A stretch of 49,556 bases of DNA from Chromera velia (lineage: Eukaryota). The first letter of the stretch is position 1, and each line of letters starts with the position of its first letter. The stretch spans positions 1 to 49,556 of the forward strand of contig JAHBMJ010000361.1 in assembly GCA_018398765.1 (NCBI GenBank), in the 5' to 3' direction. This document shows positions 22,695-35,170 of the stretch, piece by piece. A program made the translations under genes and the position numbers. Below the pieces are notes generated by a model, which was given only the letters and a program-made list of their open reading frames with translations, did not search any database and was not told the DNA's origin.

Positions 22695-24159
22695 CTAGTT
22701 AAAGTATTGAGAACACATGGCGAAAGAAGAGAAGACGAGTAAGGAGACAAGAGAGTAAGAAACGATCAAATAGGCAGAAAAGCTAAGAGAATTGCACGCT
22801 GACTCACCAGCTTGGTTGTTTCCATCCGTCTGCATACCTGCTGCAGCCGCAGGCGCCGTGTAGTTTGAAGTTCCGTCCACTCTCCCGTTCCCTCCGCCCC
22901 TGCCTCTGCCCCTGCCTCGCCTTAGGCCTCGCCCCCCACCGTTGGGGTTTCCTCCCCCATGGTTGGGGCCTCCTCTGCCTCTGTAGCCTCCTCGGTCGTT
23001 ATTGTTGTAGTTGTGGCTTTGCTGTTTGTATAGAGTTTTGGGTCTCTGGAAGTTTCTTCCTCTGCCCCCCCTTCCTCTCTGGTGGTTCCCCCCTTTCCCC
23101 CGGTAGCCGAATGAACTGCCATGCACCGTTGGGGTGCCCTTGCTGGAGCTTCTGCAGTTCATTGTAGGTAATTATAATATAGTCCTTCTTCCCCTGCTGG
23201 CCTTCCCCTCCCTTCTTGTTGGGGAAGGCCATTCCGAACGTCACCGCAAAGAGGGTACACAGTTCGGCTTCTGTCATGATCCGTCCGTCCATCAGTCTCT
23301 TCAGCTCTTCTCCTCTGAGGACAGACCCACATGTACGAGCCGCCAGAACGTACAGGGAGGTGATCTCGACGTCGTTTTCCTCCATCTTGTAGAATACTCT
23401 TTTGTTCTGCAGATTGCCTACGAGATTCTTTACATATACACCGTCCACCTTTCTATCTCCTAGATCCATCTTTCCAATCGCTCTGTACTTTTTTTTGATG
23501 TCATGAATCCAGAGAGGGAAAGGAGTGTCTGTAGGCTTTCCTCTACGTACAAAATGAAAAACAGACTCTTTAACTGAGAGAAACGCAGGCCAGGGATCTT
23601 TCACGGTTTAGGATTTAAGCCACCCCTAGAGACAAAATAGATCTTCTTCATATAGCGTATCTGTACTAAGCAGAGCAAAGGCAGAATTGAGAGAATCGAG
23701 AACATTGCCGCCTAACTGTTTCTTGAGAAAAGTTGTTATCATTTTTCTGTACTTATGGCAACCGGTAGAGTTCTTCTTCATGGTGATGGTCGTGAGGCCG
23801 CACGCCTTGATACTTTGGGAAATCACCGTCCTAAGGCGATCAATCCGAGTAGAGTCTGTGCCGTCGTAGAGCATTCCATGCATCGCCTCATTAAAGTGGT
23901 AAGCGGCGAGGCCCTTTGTCTCTTCCCAATCTGTCTTGAAGGTCACGGACTTGATGAGAACATCCGGATGATCTCCACCAAGACCCACGAGGGTGGTGGG
24001 ATCACTTACTGCCTCATGCGGATCTTGAGGCTCCACCTTCACGTGCTCAAATTGAATGTCTTTACCATTCAAGAGTTGATCCTTTACCCGAGTGGCATAT
24101 GGATCATTCTTGTCAACTTCCTGTGGCAAGAAATGCCCAGCCTGACTCCTTGCCGCCAT
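22695..24159 (-). pseudogene. gag: gag-like ORF of the LTR element, with an RGG-rich C-terminal region
   Basis: ORFs 24159-23626 and 23604-22999 are in the same frame, separated only by TAG and TAA. A frameshifted RGG-rich segment follows (23162-22695). Assignment is by position directly after the 5' LTR. Confidence 0.65.
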
Positions 24160-24280
24160 GGCTGCAAATACTCAAGACAGAAGAACTGACGATGTTCAGA
24201 TAGAGACTGGAGAAAGAAGAAGAGACTGCTCTGTGCGACGTTTCTCTAACAAACCACCACGCCCCACTTCCAGCTCCACC

Positions 24281-24601
24281 TGACGAGACTTTAGGGCTTA
24301 TAGGTTTTTCCTACGTGGGTAAGTCTGTTCCATTGGAGTCCAAGTACATTCACGCCTTTCGATCAATAATCTACTTCAATCAACTGTGGTTTCATTTCTC
24401 TACATGTTTTTTGTATGGCTTAATTCAATCAGATGTGTATCGCTTTCCATGCATTTAATTCGCTCACTTCAAAGTTCCTCGCTCGTACTACGTGGTGAGC
24501 GGTGCTGCTGCGCGTTGGTGCCTTTGTGTTTTGTTAGTCTCGCATTGGTCTGGCTTGGCGCGCCTCTTTACGCCGATTTACCTTTCACTGGGGCTTCATC
24601 A
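24281..24601 (-). repeat. 5' LTR
   Basis: TGACGAG...TCATCA; followed on the minus strand by the PBS candidate GGTGGAGCTGG (24280-24270). Confidence 0.95.
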
Positions 24602-26356
24602 ATCTTGTTGATGATACACAGGAGATCTTTTCTTTTTTTTCCTTTTTTGTTACTTGTAGACTTTGAGTCTTTGACTAACCTAGACTAACTGTGATTTGTA
24701 TATAGGATTTGTAGTGATGACGATACCAGTGATGATAATAATAATCATGATATAAGGTGACTTTAATAACCCGCCAGCCATTGTATCCCAATGGCAAAGG
24801 GCAGTCTGTGAGTATTCAAATCATATTATTATTAAGATCAAACTCTAGATTAAGTTTAAGATCGAAATTGACAAATTGTCTAGGAAATTGTTATGGTCCT
24901 GAAGAAATTGTTTCAAAACCGTATGTTGTACACGTCTTTAGCTAGCTAGGTAGGTATCTAGATTATACATGCACTAGATGAATGAATGAATGAATGAATG
25001 AATGAAGCTAGGAATGAAGTTGGCTTTGCTAGAGTGGAGCCGTGCTCCCAGCAGCCCATGTTCATGCCAGAGATCGTCAATCACTCAACTCTAGAGATAA
25101 GGCTAAGCGCGAGATCCCCTGAAGTGCTCGCTTGGTGTGCTCACGAGCAGCATGCGCGTTGGAGGTGGCAATAGAAGACTCGAACAGAAGAAGAAAAGGT
25201 CGCGTTCACACAGAAACAGGCGTGCACAGTGAGTAACAAAGATCGCAAACGGCTTTGCATGCTTCATACGGATCGACTTGTAAAGCCAAAAGCAGCATCT
25301 TCCTCGCTTCTGTTTCGGCTGCATCCGATCCCTTAATTTCTTCTCTCTGAATCCTTTGCTTCACTTTCTTTCCCTCTACCACTTTGTTTAGTTTATTCTA
25401 TCAATCCTAATATCGATCATGCAATCAAAGAATGGAGGACCCTTACATTCTGTTGTTTTTTTAATATCATAATTCTATGCTTTTCTGAGTGGTTACCAGT
25501 GTCTCTACCTTTTTCTAGGAGGAATAAAGGGCTATGCGAGCCACTGTATGTCTGTCTGTTTCTCCTCTCTCAGGCCTAGTCTCAGGCTCTCTGAGATGCG
25601 TAAGGACTCGAGTGTTGCATCGGATTCATACAAGCACCCGGGGGGGAAAAAAGAGAAAAATGCTCTCATGCACATGTTCTAACTCCACCAGTCTTTCCAG
25701 CCGCTTGCTTGTCTTAATTCTCTCTTTTGTCTTTCTGGTGAGTCCTTGATCCGCTCTCTCTCGTATCGCATCGGATCGGCTCAGAGCTTGGGAGGGACTC
25801 AGACTGATGGCTAGAGATGTAGGGGTTGAGGGATTTTGGTGCGGAGGTATTCCGATATTGCAAAAGAACGAAAGAAATCGCGAATCAGCGAGAGAAAAAA
25901 AGGAATGGAAAAAGAAGGAGAAGGGTGGCAACAACGAAAGCTTTCGGACAACGTCGGAGAGTGCATGCTCTTTTGAAGAGACAAAGGGAAACGGAAACGG
26001 CGAGGAATTGTATTTTCGCACTTTTCTCTCCCCGTGTCTCCCTCTCTCTCTTCTCTATGTGTGTGCGTGCGTTTCTTCTCCCTGTATGTCTTGACGAAGC
26101 GGCTCATCTGACCACGCGCACACTCCGTAGCTCTGTGACCATCGCATCGCAGTGCACACATGCATATGCACATGCACATGGAAAGCGAAGAGTGGATTTT
26201 CGGGCGCAACCACCAGACCCTACCCCTTGCATGCTTCTCTTTCTTACTTTCCTTCCAGCGGTGCAGCGAGAACGCACTCCCTCACTCACACACACTCACA
26301 GAGGGAAAGAGAGAGAGAGGGCGAGAAAGAGAAACAAAGGGAGGCATGCATGCACA

Positions 26357-26399
<43 letters not shown>

Positions 26400-26939
26400 G
26401 AGGGAAGGGAGAGGACTAGCAGAGGAGGCTGTGAAACCCCCGTTCTGCAGTAAAAGAGAAAAAGAGACAGGGGGGGAACCCAGTTTGCATGGACTCATTG
26501 AATCCGTATGTGTTGGTATGCAGACCAAACGAAACATATGATCGAATTTTGTCTCCTTATCAGCCTGATTTGTCTGTGCAGCCATGAAGACAGACAGCAC
26601 GCCCTCGAACACAACACACACACGAAGTGCACCACGACACAGGCACGTCAAAGCAAACCTTCCCCTCCCTCGGCGTCCGCCAATCGACCCAAACCCCAAA
26701 ACGAAAATTGCCGAGGGAATGTACACACACACACACACACAGAGCTTGGCGGCTTGCCAGTCCTCTGTCTGATCGATCGAGCCGTCTCTCTTTCCTCTTC
26801 GGCCCTTTGCATTCCTTCCTTCCTTCTTTCCAGCCGCTTTTCTTTCTGACTTGGTCTGCCCTGTCTTGCTTGGCAAAAACATCCAAGCACACACAGTAGC
26901 GTGTATATACACCCATCAACGAAAACACATGGATGCACA

Positions 26940-28893
26940 TGCACAGACAAGAAACGTACAGACAGAGACCCCCTGCTTTCTCATCCGTCCCTTTCAATGT
27001 GTGCACACGCACAAGCAGACACTCATTCAACCGATCCTTCCACCGATTTCCCCTCACTCACCCAACCCACCCAGCCGTACCCCTATTGCACAGTCAGGCG
27101 GATAAAAGGAGAAAGAAAGAGATGATGAATCAACGCCGATCTGAGCTGTCTGAGCTGAGCGCAAGTGAATGGGTGGAGAGATGAAGGGATGGACAGATGG
27201 TCCCTCGAGGGTTTGGTCTCTGTCTGTATTTGATTGGAGAGAGACGAGACGGGTCTTCATTCCTCGCATCCTTCTTCCGTCTCTTTTGTCCTCGCAACGT
27301 CACTGCATCAGTCGAACGTTTCACGTGGAAAGATCAGGAGGAAAGGAGGGACCCCCGAGAAGAGGGCCTGGGAGAGAAGAAAAGAAAGGAGAGGAGAAGA
27401 AACGGGTTTCAGTGGAAGCCCAAGAGGGAGAAAAACTCAAGGCAAGGAGGGAGTGAAAACGACATTTTCACGACACACCAAAATCACGAAGAAACATTCG
27501 GACCCTGCGACATGCAAACTGGGCCTTTGTCTGTGCCCTCGCTCACACTCACACACACACACACACACATACACTCACGTAACGAACAGCCAGAGGCCCT
27601 TGGCTTTCCTGTCACTTCCTTCCACAGTGTGCACACGCACAAGCAGACAGATGACCAAAACTCCCCCCTCCCCCCACCCACCCACCCACATCTTTATTTT
27701 ACAGACGGGCGGATGGAGAGAGAAAGGGACAAATCACGGCCAAGCTGTCTGGGCTGAATGCAAGTGGAGAAACCGACGGATGCCGTTCTCTGTCTGTTTT
27801 GGAGTTGAGAGGGGTCTTTCTCATATCCTGTTCCCGTTTTTGTTTTGCCTCGCAACTTGGTTTGTTTGTTTTGCGTGGAAAGGGCGGGAGAGAATGAACG
27901 ACCGACGAAAGACAAAGAAGAGAGGGAAAAAGTGAGAAGTAGATAAAAGGGATTTTGAAGGCAAGAAGGGAGAAAGTAAAAGTACACGGAACTCACCACG
28001 CGTAGAAAACGAGAAATGCAGAACACCAACGTACAGGTGCACCAACAAGAAACGTACAGACAAACAAAACAGAGAATGTTTGTTTTCTTTCTGCGGGATC
28101 CCTTCCACTGTGTGCAAACGCACAAGCAGACACTCACTCCACCGACCGATTGCTCATTCACCCAGCCCACCCACCCACCCGTATTGCTATTTTACAGACG
28201 GATGGCAGAAGGGAAAAAGAGATGATGAATCGCGGCAAAGCTATCTGGGCTGAATACAAGTGAAGGGATAGAGAGCTGCGCCCCCGAGCTCCGTGTCTCT
28301 GTCTGTTTTTTATTGGATTGAGAGAGAGCGAGAGACGGGTCTTCTTCGCATCTTTCTCCCATCTCTTTGTGTCCTCGCAACGACGTCGAATAATCAGTCG
28401 GACATTTTGTTACGTGGAAAGAGTAAGAGGGATAAAGAGACCACGAGAGGGGGGAGAGGGGAGAAAGAGAGTTTTTTTCACTCAGATGCAAGGGATAGAA
28501 GAGGTGGAGAGTTTCAAGGCACTCACACTGAGATCACAAAAACGCTCGTGCATCAAGAGATGCAGAACGAGATAAATGTACGCACATTCAAATAAGTACA
28601 AGAAACGTACAGACAGACAGACACTCTCTACGTTTTTGCCTTTTTTCTTTCTGTCCTTCTGATGGACCCCCCCTTTTCCACTGTGTGCACACGCGCAAGC
28701 AGACACTCACTCCCCCACCGACCGACCCTTCTGTTCACCCCCCACCCACCCACCCTCCCGGAGCTCTATTGCACAGGAGGGAGGAAGGGGGAAAAGCTAG
28801 GTCAAGTCCAGCAGAAGCTGTGTGTCTGGGCTGAATGGAAGTGAAGAGAGGGGGAGATCCTTCCTCCCGCCGCTGAGGACTCTGTTTGTCTCA

Positions 28894-28924
<31 letters not shown>

Positions 28925-28960
28925 CGTGTTGGAGTTAAGAGGGGTCGGCCCAGAGGCATC
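26940..28960. repeat. Degenerate tandem array, about 4 units of ~480-630 bp
   Basis: Anchor GTGTGCACACGCACAAGCAGAC (or a 1-mismatch variant) at 26999, 27627, 28110 and 28683. Each is followed by a CCCACCCA tract, CTG(G/A)GCTGA..CAAGTG and TCTCTGTCTGT. Confidence 0.8.
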
Positions 28961-31900
28961 GATCGACCCAGAGACGGATAGGGAAGAGAAGATTTTAACA
29001 GCGTGGGAGGGAAGCAGTGCAAGATCAAGGCAAGAGGAAGAGATCACACACAACACGCATGGAGCATAAGCAAGAAAAGAAGAACGTGCTTATTTGGTAA
29101 GTAGAGCACACACAGAGCACAATCCATCACTCTGCCTCTCTATATGTGCACACACCGCCGCGGTTCAGGGACAAACAATGCAAATCGAATTCTTCCTTTC
29201 CTCTTCCTTCGCATTCTCTCTCTCCAAACAGCGGCCCTACCATCCCGCGACAGTACCGCACAGAAACGAATAGCGTACGCCAAGAAGGAGAAAGAGTATG
29301 AGACGGCGAGAGTGGGGCAGAGGAAGGAAACGCTCGAATGCCTTGTTTGATGCCTGTCTTGTCTCAGGCTGAATGCAGAAGAGAGCAAGGGGAGACGGAC
29401 TTTCATCTCTGCGCTTGATTTTTGCGTGTTTGAGTCGAGGTGAAGAAGTTTCTTCATTGCCGCTGCTCTTCCGTTCCTTTCTTGAGATACCTCAGCGAGG
29501 TTTTTGAAAATGGAGGCAGAGAACAGGGGGGGGATAGGGGAAAGAAAACTCTTTATTCACTACAGGAGCCTTCTTACGCTCAGACAAAAATGACTCCTGC
29601 AAGAAGGCAAACAGTCGTCTTTCAGGATAAGAGAAGAATTGATAGTATCAAGATTTGTGTGTGAGATACGAACGTATGTACTACGACATCGTTTGTCTTT
29701 CAACATTTTTCTTTCCCCCCACGAGTCAGTCCACTACGTCCCTTTTTGTTTGTCCATTTTTCTTCGACCTCATCCCCTTAATTCTTCACTACGTCGTTTC
29801 TTCTTCCTTCTCTTTCTCTTCCTGTCGGTCACTACACCATACCGATCGATCATTTTACCCCCCGAGGCCTCGTTTGTTCCATCCACTACTTCTCTTGCCT
29901 GTTCGTCCACCTCCCCCATTTTTTTATCGTCAAGAGGATAGATAGGCAAGAGACAAAACTTTAAAACAGCACACATTTGACGACTACAGTGCAGCCCACT
30001 TGCAGGACTAGTCCAGAGAGGCCGGACGGAGAGAAGCGGAGACAGGTAGGCCGGTCGATCGGTGGAGAGAAAAGAAGAAAGAGAAGGAAAAAGGGCCCCC
30101 TCTCTGAAAGAAAAAATGACTGCATTCGGTCAACAAGTCCTATGTGCATGTGCACAGACAGACAATTAAATGTTGTTTTATTGTCCTCACTCTGTTGAGG
30201 GAGCCTTCTCCCGATCCTCTTCAACAAAGAGCGAAGAAGAAAGACGAAAATTTTCACCGCAGCGAGGAGAGAGAAAGAGGGGGAAGGAGAAGACACCTGC
30301 AGGGAGAATGAAAGACACACCCAGGGAGGGGGAGAAAGACAGACAGGGAGAGACATGTACCAAATGTATTTGCAGTCACAGCGGGGGGGGTTCTTTCTGT
30401 CCATCCATTTGTTCATCAAAAGCTGCCCGCCGCACCGAAGTGCTTCCTTCAGCCTCGCTAGTGCATGCCTTGCAAGAAGGCGCGCTAATTGGCTCGGCGG
30501 GGCTTGGGTGGGAACCCAGGCGAACTCAGAGGACAGGGAGGTGACGGGAAAGAGCGCGACGTGAAGATGTGAAGTGTGATCTCATTTATTGTTGATGTAT
30601 TTTTGTCTTCTCCGACTTCACCTGACTCTCTCTTTCTCTGCTTCCGTCTTTCCTGGTTCCCCAAAGGGCGGGGCATTCTAGAGAGAGTGGGGGGTCAAAG
30701 GTGAGACGGCCCCGGAATGCCTTCCCTCGCATTTCCCTGTGGCAGTGATGCGGTCATTGTGCTCCTTCTTTTATCGTCTCTATCTTTCTTTCTTTTTAGA
30801 CTGTTGATGCGTGCGTCTCGTCCAAGCTTGCATTTGCAACGAAGACTTCGATCAAAAGAGGGCAGAAAGATTGGCCGGGGAGGGCAGGCAGGCAAACAGG
30901 GAATAAAAGAAATATGACAGCAGCAACTTAAACCAGCAAGGCCTTTACCCCCTTTCTTTTGTTGGCGTGACAGGCACTCATGCATGCATGACCTTTGCTT
31001 TCTCTCTTTCTTTCACTTTTCCCCTAGCTCTCTTTCCGCATCACCAAATGAGTCCATGATTGCATTTGCAACGCAGACTCCACAAAGAAAGAGGCAAGCA
31101 CAAAAACAAAGGTGAAGAAGGTGTATCTATCGCATTCTGCCAACAGATGCACTTCAATGCAATGGGTGACGGACCGACCGACAGACAGACAGACAGACAG
31201 ACATCCTTCCCATTCCTGCTCTTCCTGAGCTGGCCTCTTTCTCTGTCTGTCTGTCTGTCTGTCTGTCTGATTGTCTGAGTCCTCTTGAAGTTTTGCTCGC
31301 TCGATCCATCGCTCATACCAAGCAGGCGTAGAGGGAGGGGCCTTGCCTGTCAAAGACTCTTTTCTTTCTTCCCACGTTCCTTCTTTCCTTCCTTCCTTCC
31401 TTCCTTCGACTGTTGCACAAATGAAACCAGCCAAACGCGAGCCTCCATCCTGACAATGCAGATAGATGCCTTAAAGGTCCATGCGAGGCTTTCATCTGAT
31501 TTCATCTCCCTGCAGCACAACCATTTCTGCATTCCTTTCTTTTGTTGTCTTGTGTATGCTCCCTTCATTCATTCGTTCAAACTTTCACAAATAGATGCAG
31601 CCAGGAAAGTCATTCATTGGCAGAAGCCGAGAGAGTGAAGGTTGGAAGGAAAGACGGAGCAAACAGCAGGTCGTAATTATTTTTTTTTAGAGTTCATGGA
31701 AGGGAGACAAAGAAATTTAAGAGAGAAGGAGAGATCGTCGAATGAATGTCAGCGAAGCGGGGGGGCAGAAAGAAGGAAAAAGAGATACATGGATATGGCG
31801 ACGGGGAGCAAGAAGGCGGTTTCTTTTCTTTGTAGACTGTCAGAGAAAGAGAAGCAGCATGGAGGGATGAGACATTAGAGAGAACGGAGGAATGCAACTA

Positions 31901-32289
31901 CAGCCTTTTTTCTCTTTTCTCTTCTTCTTTTCTCGCTGGTAGGCTGTGAGGTACTACATGTGGTTGGGAAGAAAGAGGGAGGGGGGAAAGAAGGGAAGGA
32001 ACGAGGGCAGAACTGCAAGAAATTTTCTTTCCTCCTTCTTTCATTTTCATGCTATTCTCTGCAAAACGCCGTCACTTCATGACAAGACAAGAAGGCGGGA
32101 TGACAAAAAGAAGGGAAATATTTCGTATTCACTTTCTTTTCTACATCACATCCACGATTCCTCCATCTATCTACTTTTTCTTTTTTCCTTCCTTCATTGT
32201 CAAGGAGGGGAGAAGAGAAACACAGACAGGCGCCATGAGGGATACAGACAGCGTTCTCTCAAGTGCGGTCGCACAATCTGAAGCGTGCG

Positions 32290-35123
32290 TCACTGCTGAT
32301 AGTGCCCTTGTTGCTGCTGAAAGGGACTGTAGGCTTGAGAAGCAGCAGAGGAGGAGGAGACAGGTTGGGTCTGAGCGACAACAGTTGCCGTCTCCGTTTC
32401 TCTGGACCTTTCTCTCCCGAGTGACAAGGGCATCGACATCGCCAACTGCTGAGGCTGGGGTTGCTGCTGTTGATGTCCTTGTTGCCCCCCACAAGCAGAG
32501 GAAGAGGGAGGAGGAAAGGGGGCGGCAGAGGGAGAAGGAGAGGGCTCTTGTCCTCCACGCTGGTGCTGCAACTGTTGTCCTCTCAAGTACAGCTGGTGCA
32601 GAGGTATCCCCTGCACAGTCGCCATGGAGAGAAGATCGGAGGGGGGGGTGGGGGTCCCAACCATTCCAGCACCAGACACCTCTGCCTGCTGCCTGAGATG
32701 CCCCTGTTGCTGCTGGTGTTCAAATCCCCTCAAGCTGGGCTTGGCTGGTGGGAGGACTTGGAAGTGTGTTGCGGGCTGTCCGTCAGCAATTGCATCAAGA
32801 GGGACCGTTCCACCGTGCGGCAGAGTGACGCCTGGGACGAACAAGGCAGGGGCAAGAACGGCTGTTGCCGTGGGGTCGTAACGCATTTGCTGCTGTTGGA
32901 ACGTCAGCGTCTGCGCATTCCTCCCCGAGAGGGACGACCCAGACTCTGATGGCAACTCCGCACGGACTCCCCCCAACGACTGCGCTCCCCCACTGGCACC
33001 GTTGCTTCCCCCCCCATTGCCCGTTGTGTCACTGTCGTTCCGACCCGACGAGTGGTTATCGGCAGTGGTTCGGGCAGCCCCCCGTGAGGAGTCGCTGCTA
33101 AAGGGATAAGCGGAAGCGGAGGACACAAGCCGAACGTCTCCTTCCCCTCCTTCCTCCTGTCTTCCCGCAGCAGCAGCAGCAGGAGAACGTGCAGGGGGGG
33201 GAGATAACCCGACAGTAGCAGCAGCGGCGGCGGCGCTGACAGCTCCACTGTCGTTGGCCCGGGAGGGCACGGCGTCGCCGACACTGACTGTAGTGCCTGT
33301 GTCCGTGATCAGACAGCAGAAGTGGCCGGAAAGCCGCAGGGTGGCAGGAACGAACTTGAAACCGACCACCGACCTGCACGCGTCGACGGAGGAACCAGGC
33401 ATTAATGAAGACTGCTTTCAACATGGAAGGGAAAATGCAGGAAGAGAGAATACGAAAAGAGCTTGGCACACAGACGGGCAAGGAGCGCTGTAAGAAAAGT
33501 TCGTGTAGTTTTCCAAGAGACTACCTTTCCTTTTCTTCCATGGCATGAAGAGAAGACATCCTTTCAGGCTCGATTCGGAGACTGTCCGACCTGAATGCCG
33601 ATAGTGTGCCCAGACTGAACGCTGGACGCCTATCGAAGACGACCGTTGAGCTTCCCCCCTCCTCCGCTTCAGACGTCCTTCCAGCAACCACTTCGACCAC
33701 CGCAACAGCCTCGTCGAGATCGATCTGCAGACACACAAAACACATGCATTTACTTTCATACAGAATACATAAAAAGAAAAAGGATTCTGTCTCGTCGAGA
33801 CACACACAAAAAAGACAAAGGCAGACGGACACGGAAAAACGTGAAAGGCCCTTTTTCAGAGAGTCAGATCACTCAAAACTGCACAGCTGGCCAGGTTGCC
33901 ACATATTTCCATGTGCAACTTCTCCGGAGTGGAACCCTGCTTCCTTGCTTGCTTGAGTCTTCGTTCTCAGACGCACGCAGAATTTCATCACGCATCACTA
34001 GACTCCTTCACGCACTCTTAATTGCAGAAGCTATGAATCAAATTCACACAGGGGGAAGGCGGGATGCTGGAGGGAAGAAAGAAATGGCCTTGGTGCATCA
34101 AGAGTTTGTTCGTTAACTAATCCGAGCAGCCAGACAAAAACACCCATGCACTGCGCGAATGCCTTTGTGTGTGTTACTGACCGTCATGATGACCTCGGAC
34201 CCTTTTTCCACTTTGGGCAGAGACGTCGTGTCGGTTTGATGGTTCCATTTGCCCCCATGCATCCGCACAGACACGTGGCCGTTACTGCTCAGCAGCAAAG
34301 CGTTCAAGCTCGGCACGTTTTTCGTGGCAGGTACCCTCTTTCCGAACACAAACGCAACCCCATCTGTAGCGCAGATGTTTCCCTTCAGAACAGAAAAGCG
34401 GTAAGCATGGACGCCACGCGTTCTCAATGCCCTTTCGTATACAAGAGAAACATGTCCGCTGTGCCGCGTCTTGGTGAATGTGGCAGAAAGAGGGTGAGAG
34501 ACGTCCGGAGCACAAGAGCCAAAACTGAAAACGTCTGGATGCCAAGAAAACAGGGCTTCAGCATCCCCCTCTCGCCGACTCTTTTCTTCTTCCCCCTCTC
34601 TCTCTCCTTGTCCGTCTGCCTGATGATCCCTCTCCTCCTCCCTCACACTTCCTTTCCTCTCACTTTCCTCTTCTCTCCCTTCTTCTTCTTGTTTTGATGG
34701 ACCACCTCGCATTCTCTGTCTCTCCCCCCTTCTCTCTTTCCCCCTTCCTTCCGCAGACACCTCATGTCGAGCAGAAGCCCCGACCTCCCCCCCGACCCTC
34801 TCTATGGGAGGAGGACGGGCGGAGGCAGAGGCAGAGGAAGAGGAAGGGCCAAGGTCTGCCCCTCCACCCCCATCTGGAGCCGTGCTGTCAACTTTTCCTC
34901 CTCTGCTTTTGACACTCTGCACCGCGACTGCAGGTGCTGCAGATGCCGGGGGGTGACCGGTCAAAGCAGCAGCAGAAGAAGAAGAGGCTGAAGCAGAGTC
35001 GCCCTCTGCCGGACTCTGCTGCTGCGACTGAGACTGAGACTGGGCGGCCCGAAGACGTGCGTTTCTCTTGGCGAGACACCATCGCTCGTGCTTTCGTATC
35101 TGCCGCCTGCACACTCGCGCGCG

Positions 35124-35170
<47 letters not shown>

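Larger units (their letters stand above)
16656..24601 (-). mobile_element. Full-length, inactivated LTR retrotransposon with Ty1/Copia domain order (gag-PR-IN-RT-RH)
   Basis: Two 321-bp direct LTRs ending TCATCA. 5-bp target-site duplication ATCTT at 16651-16655 and 24602-24606. Minus-strand gag/pol remnants lie between them. Confidence 0.96.

Noticed and set aside
17377..24159. Alternative genetic code (TAA/TAG = Gln) to explain in-frame stops
   Set aside because: Host genes end normally in TAA (7034) and TAG (40409) and have no internal stops; a TGA also replaces Arg. Mutation explains the pattern better.
24270..24280. CCAGCTCCACC resembling a tmRNA/tRNA gene end or phage att site
   Set aside because: No cloverleaf or T-arm upstream; better explained as a retroelement PBS.
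25500..31900. Many short ORFs suggesting a gene
   Set aside because: Mostly microsatellite-derived. A few exon-like pieces exist, but I could not build a consistent model.
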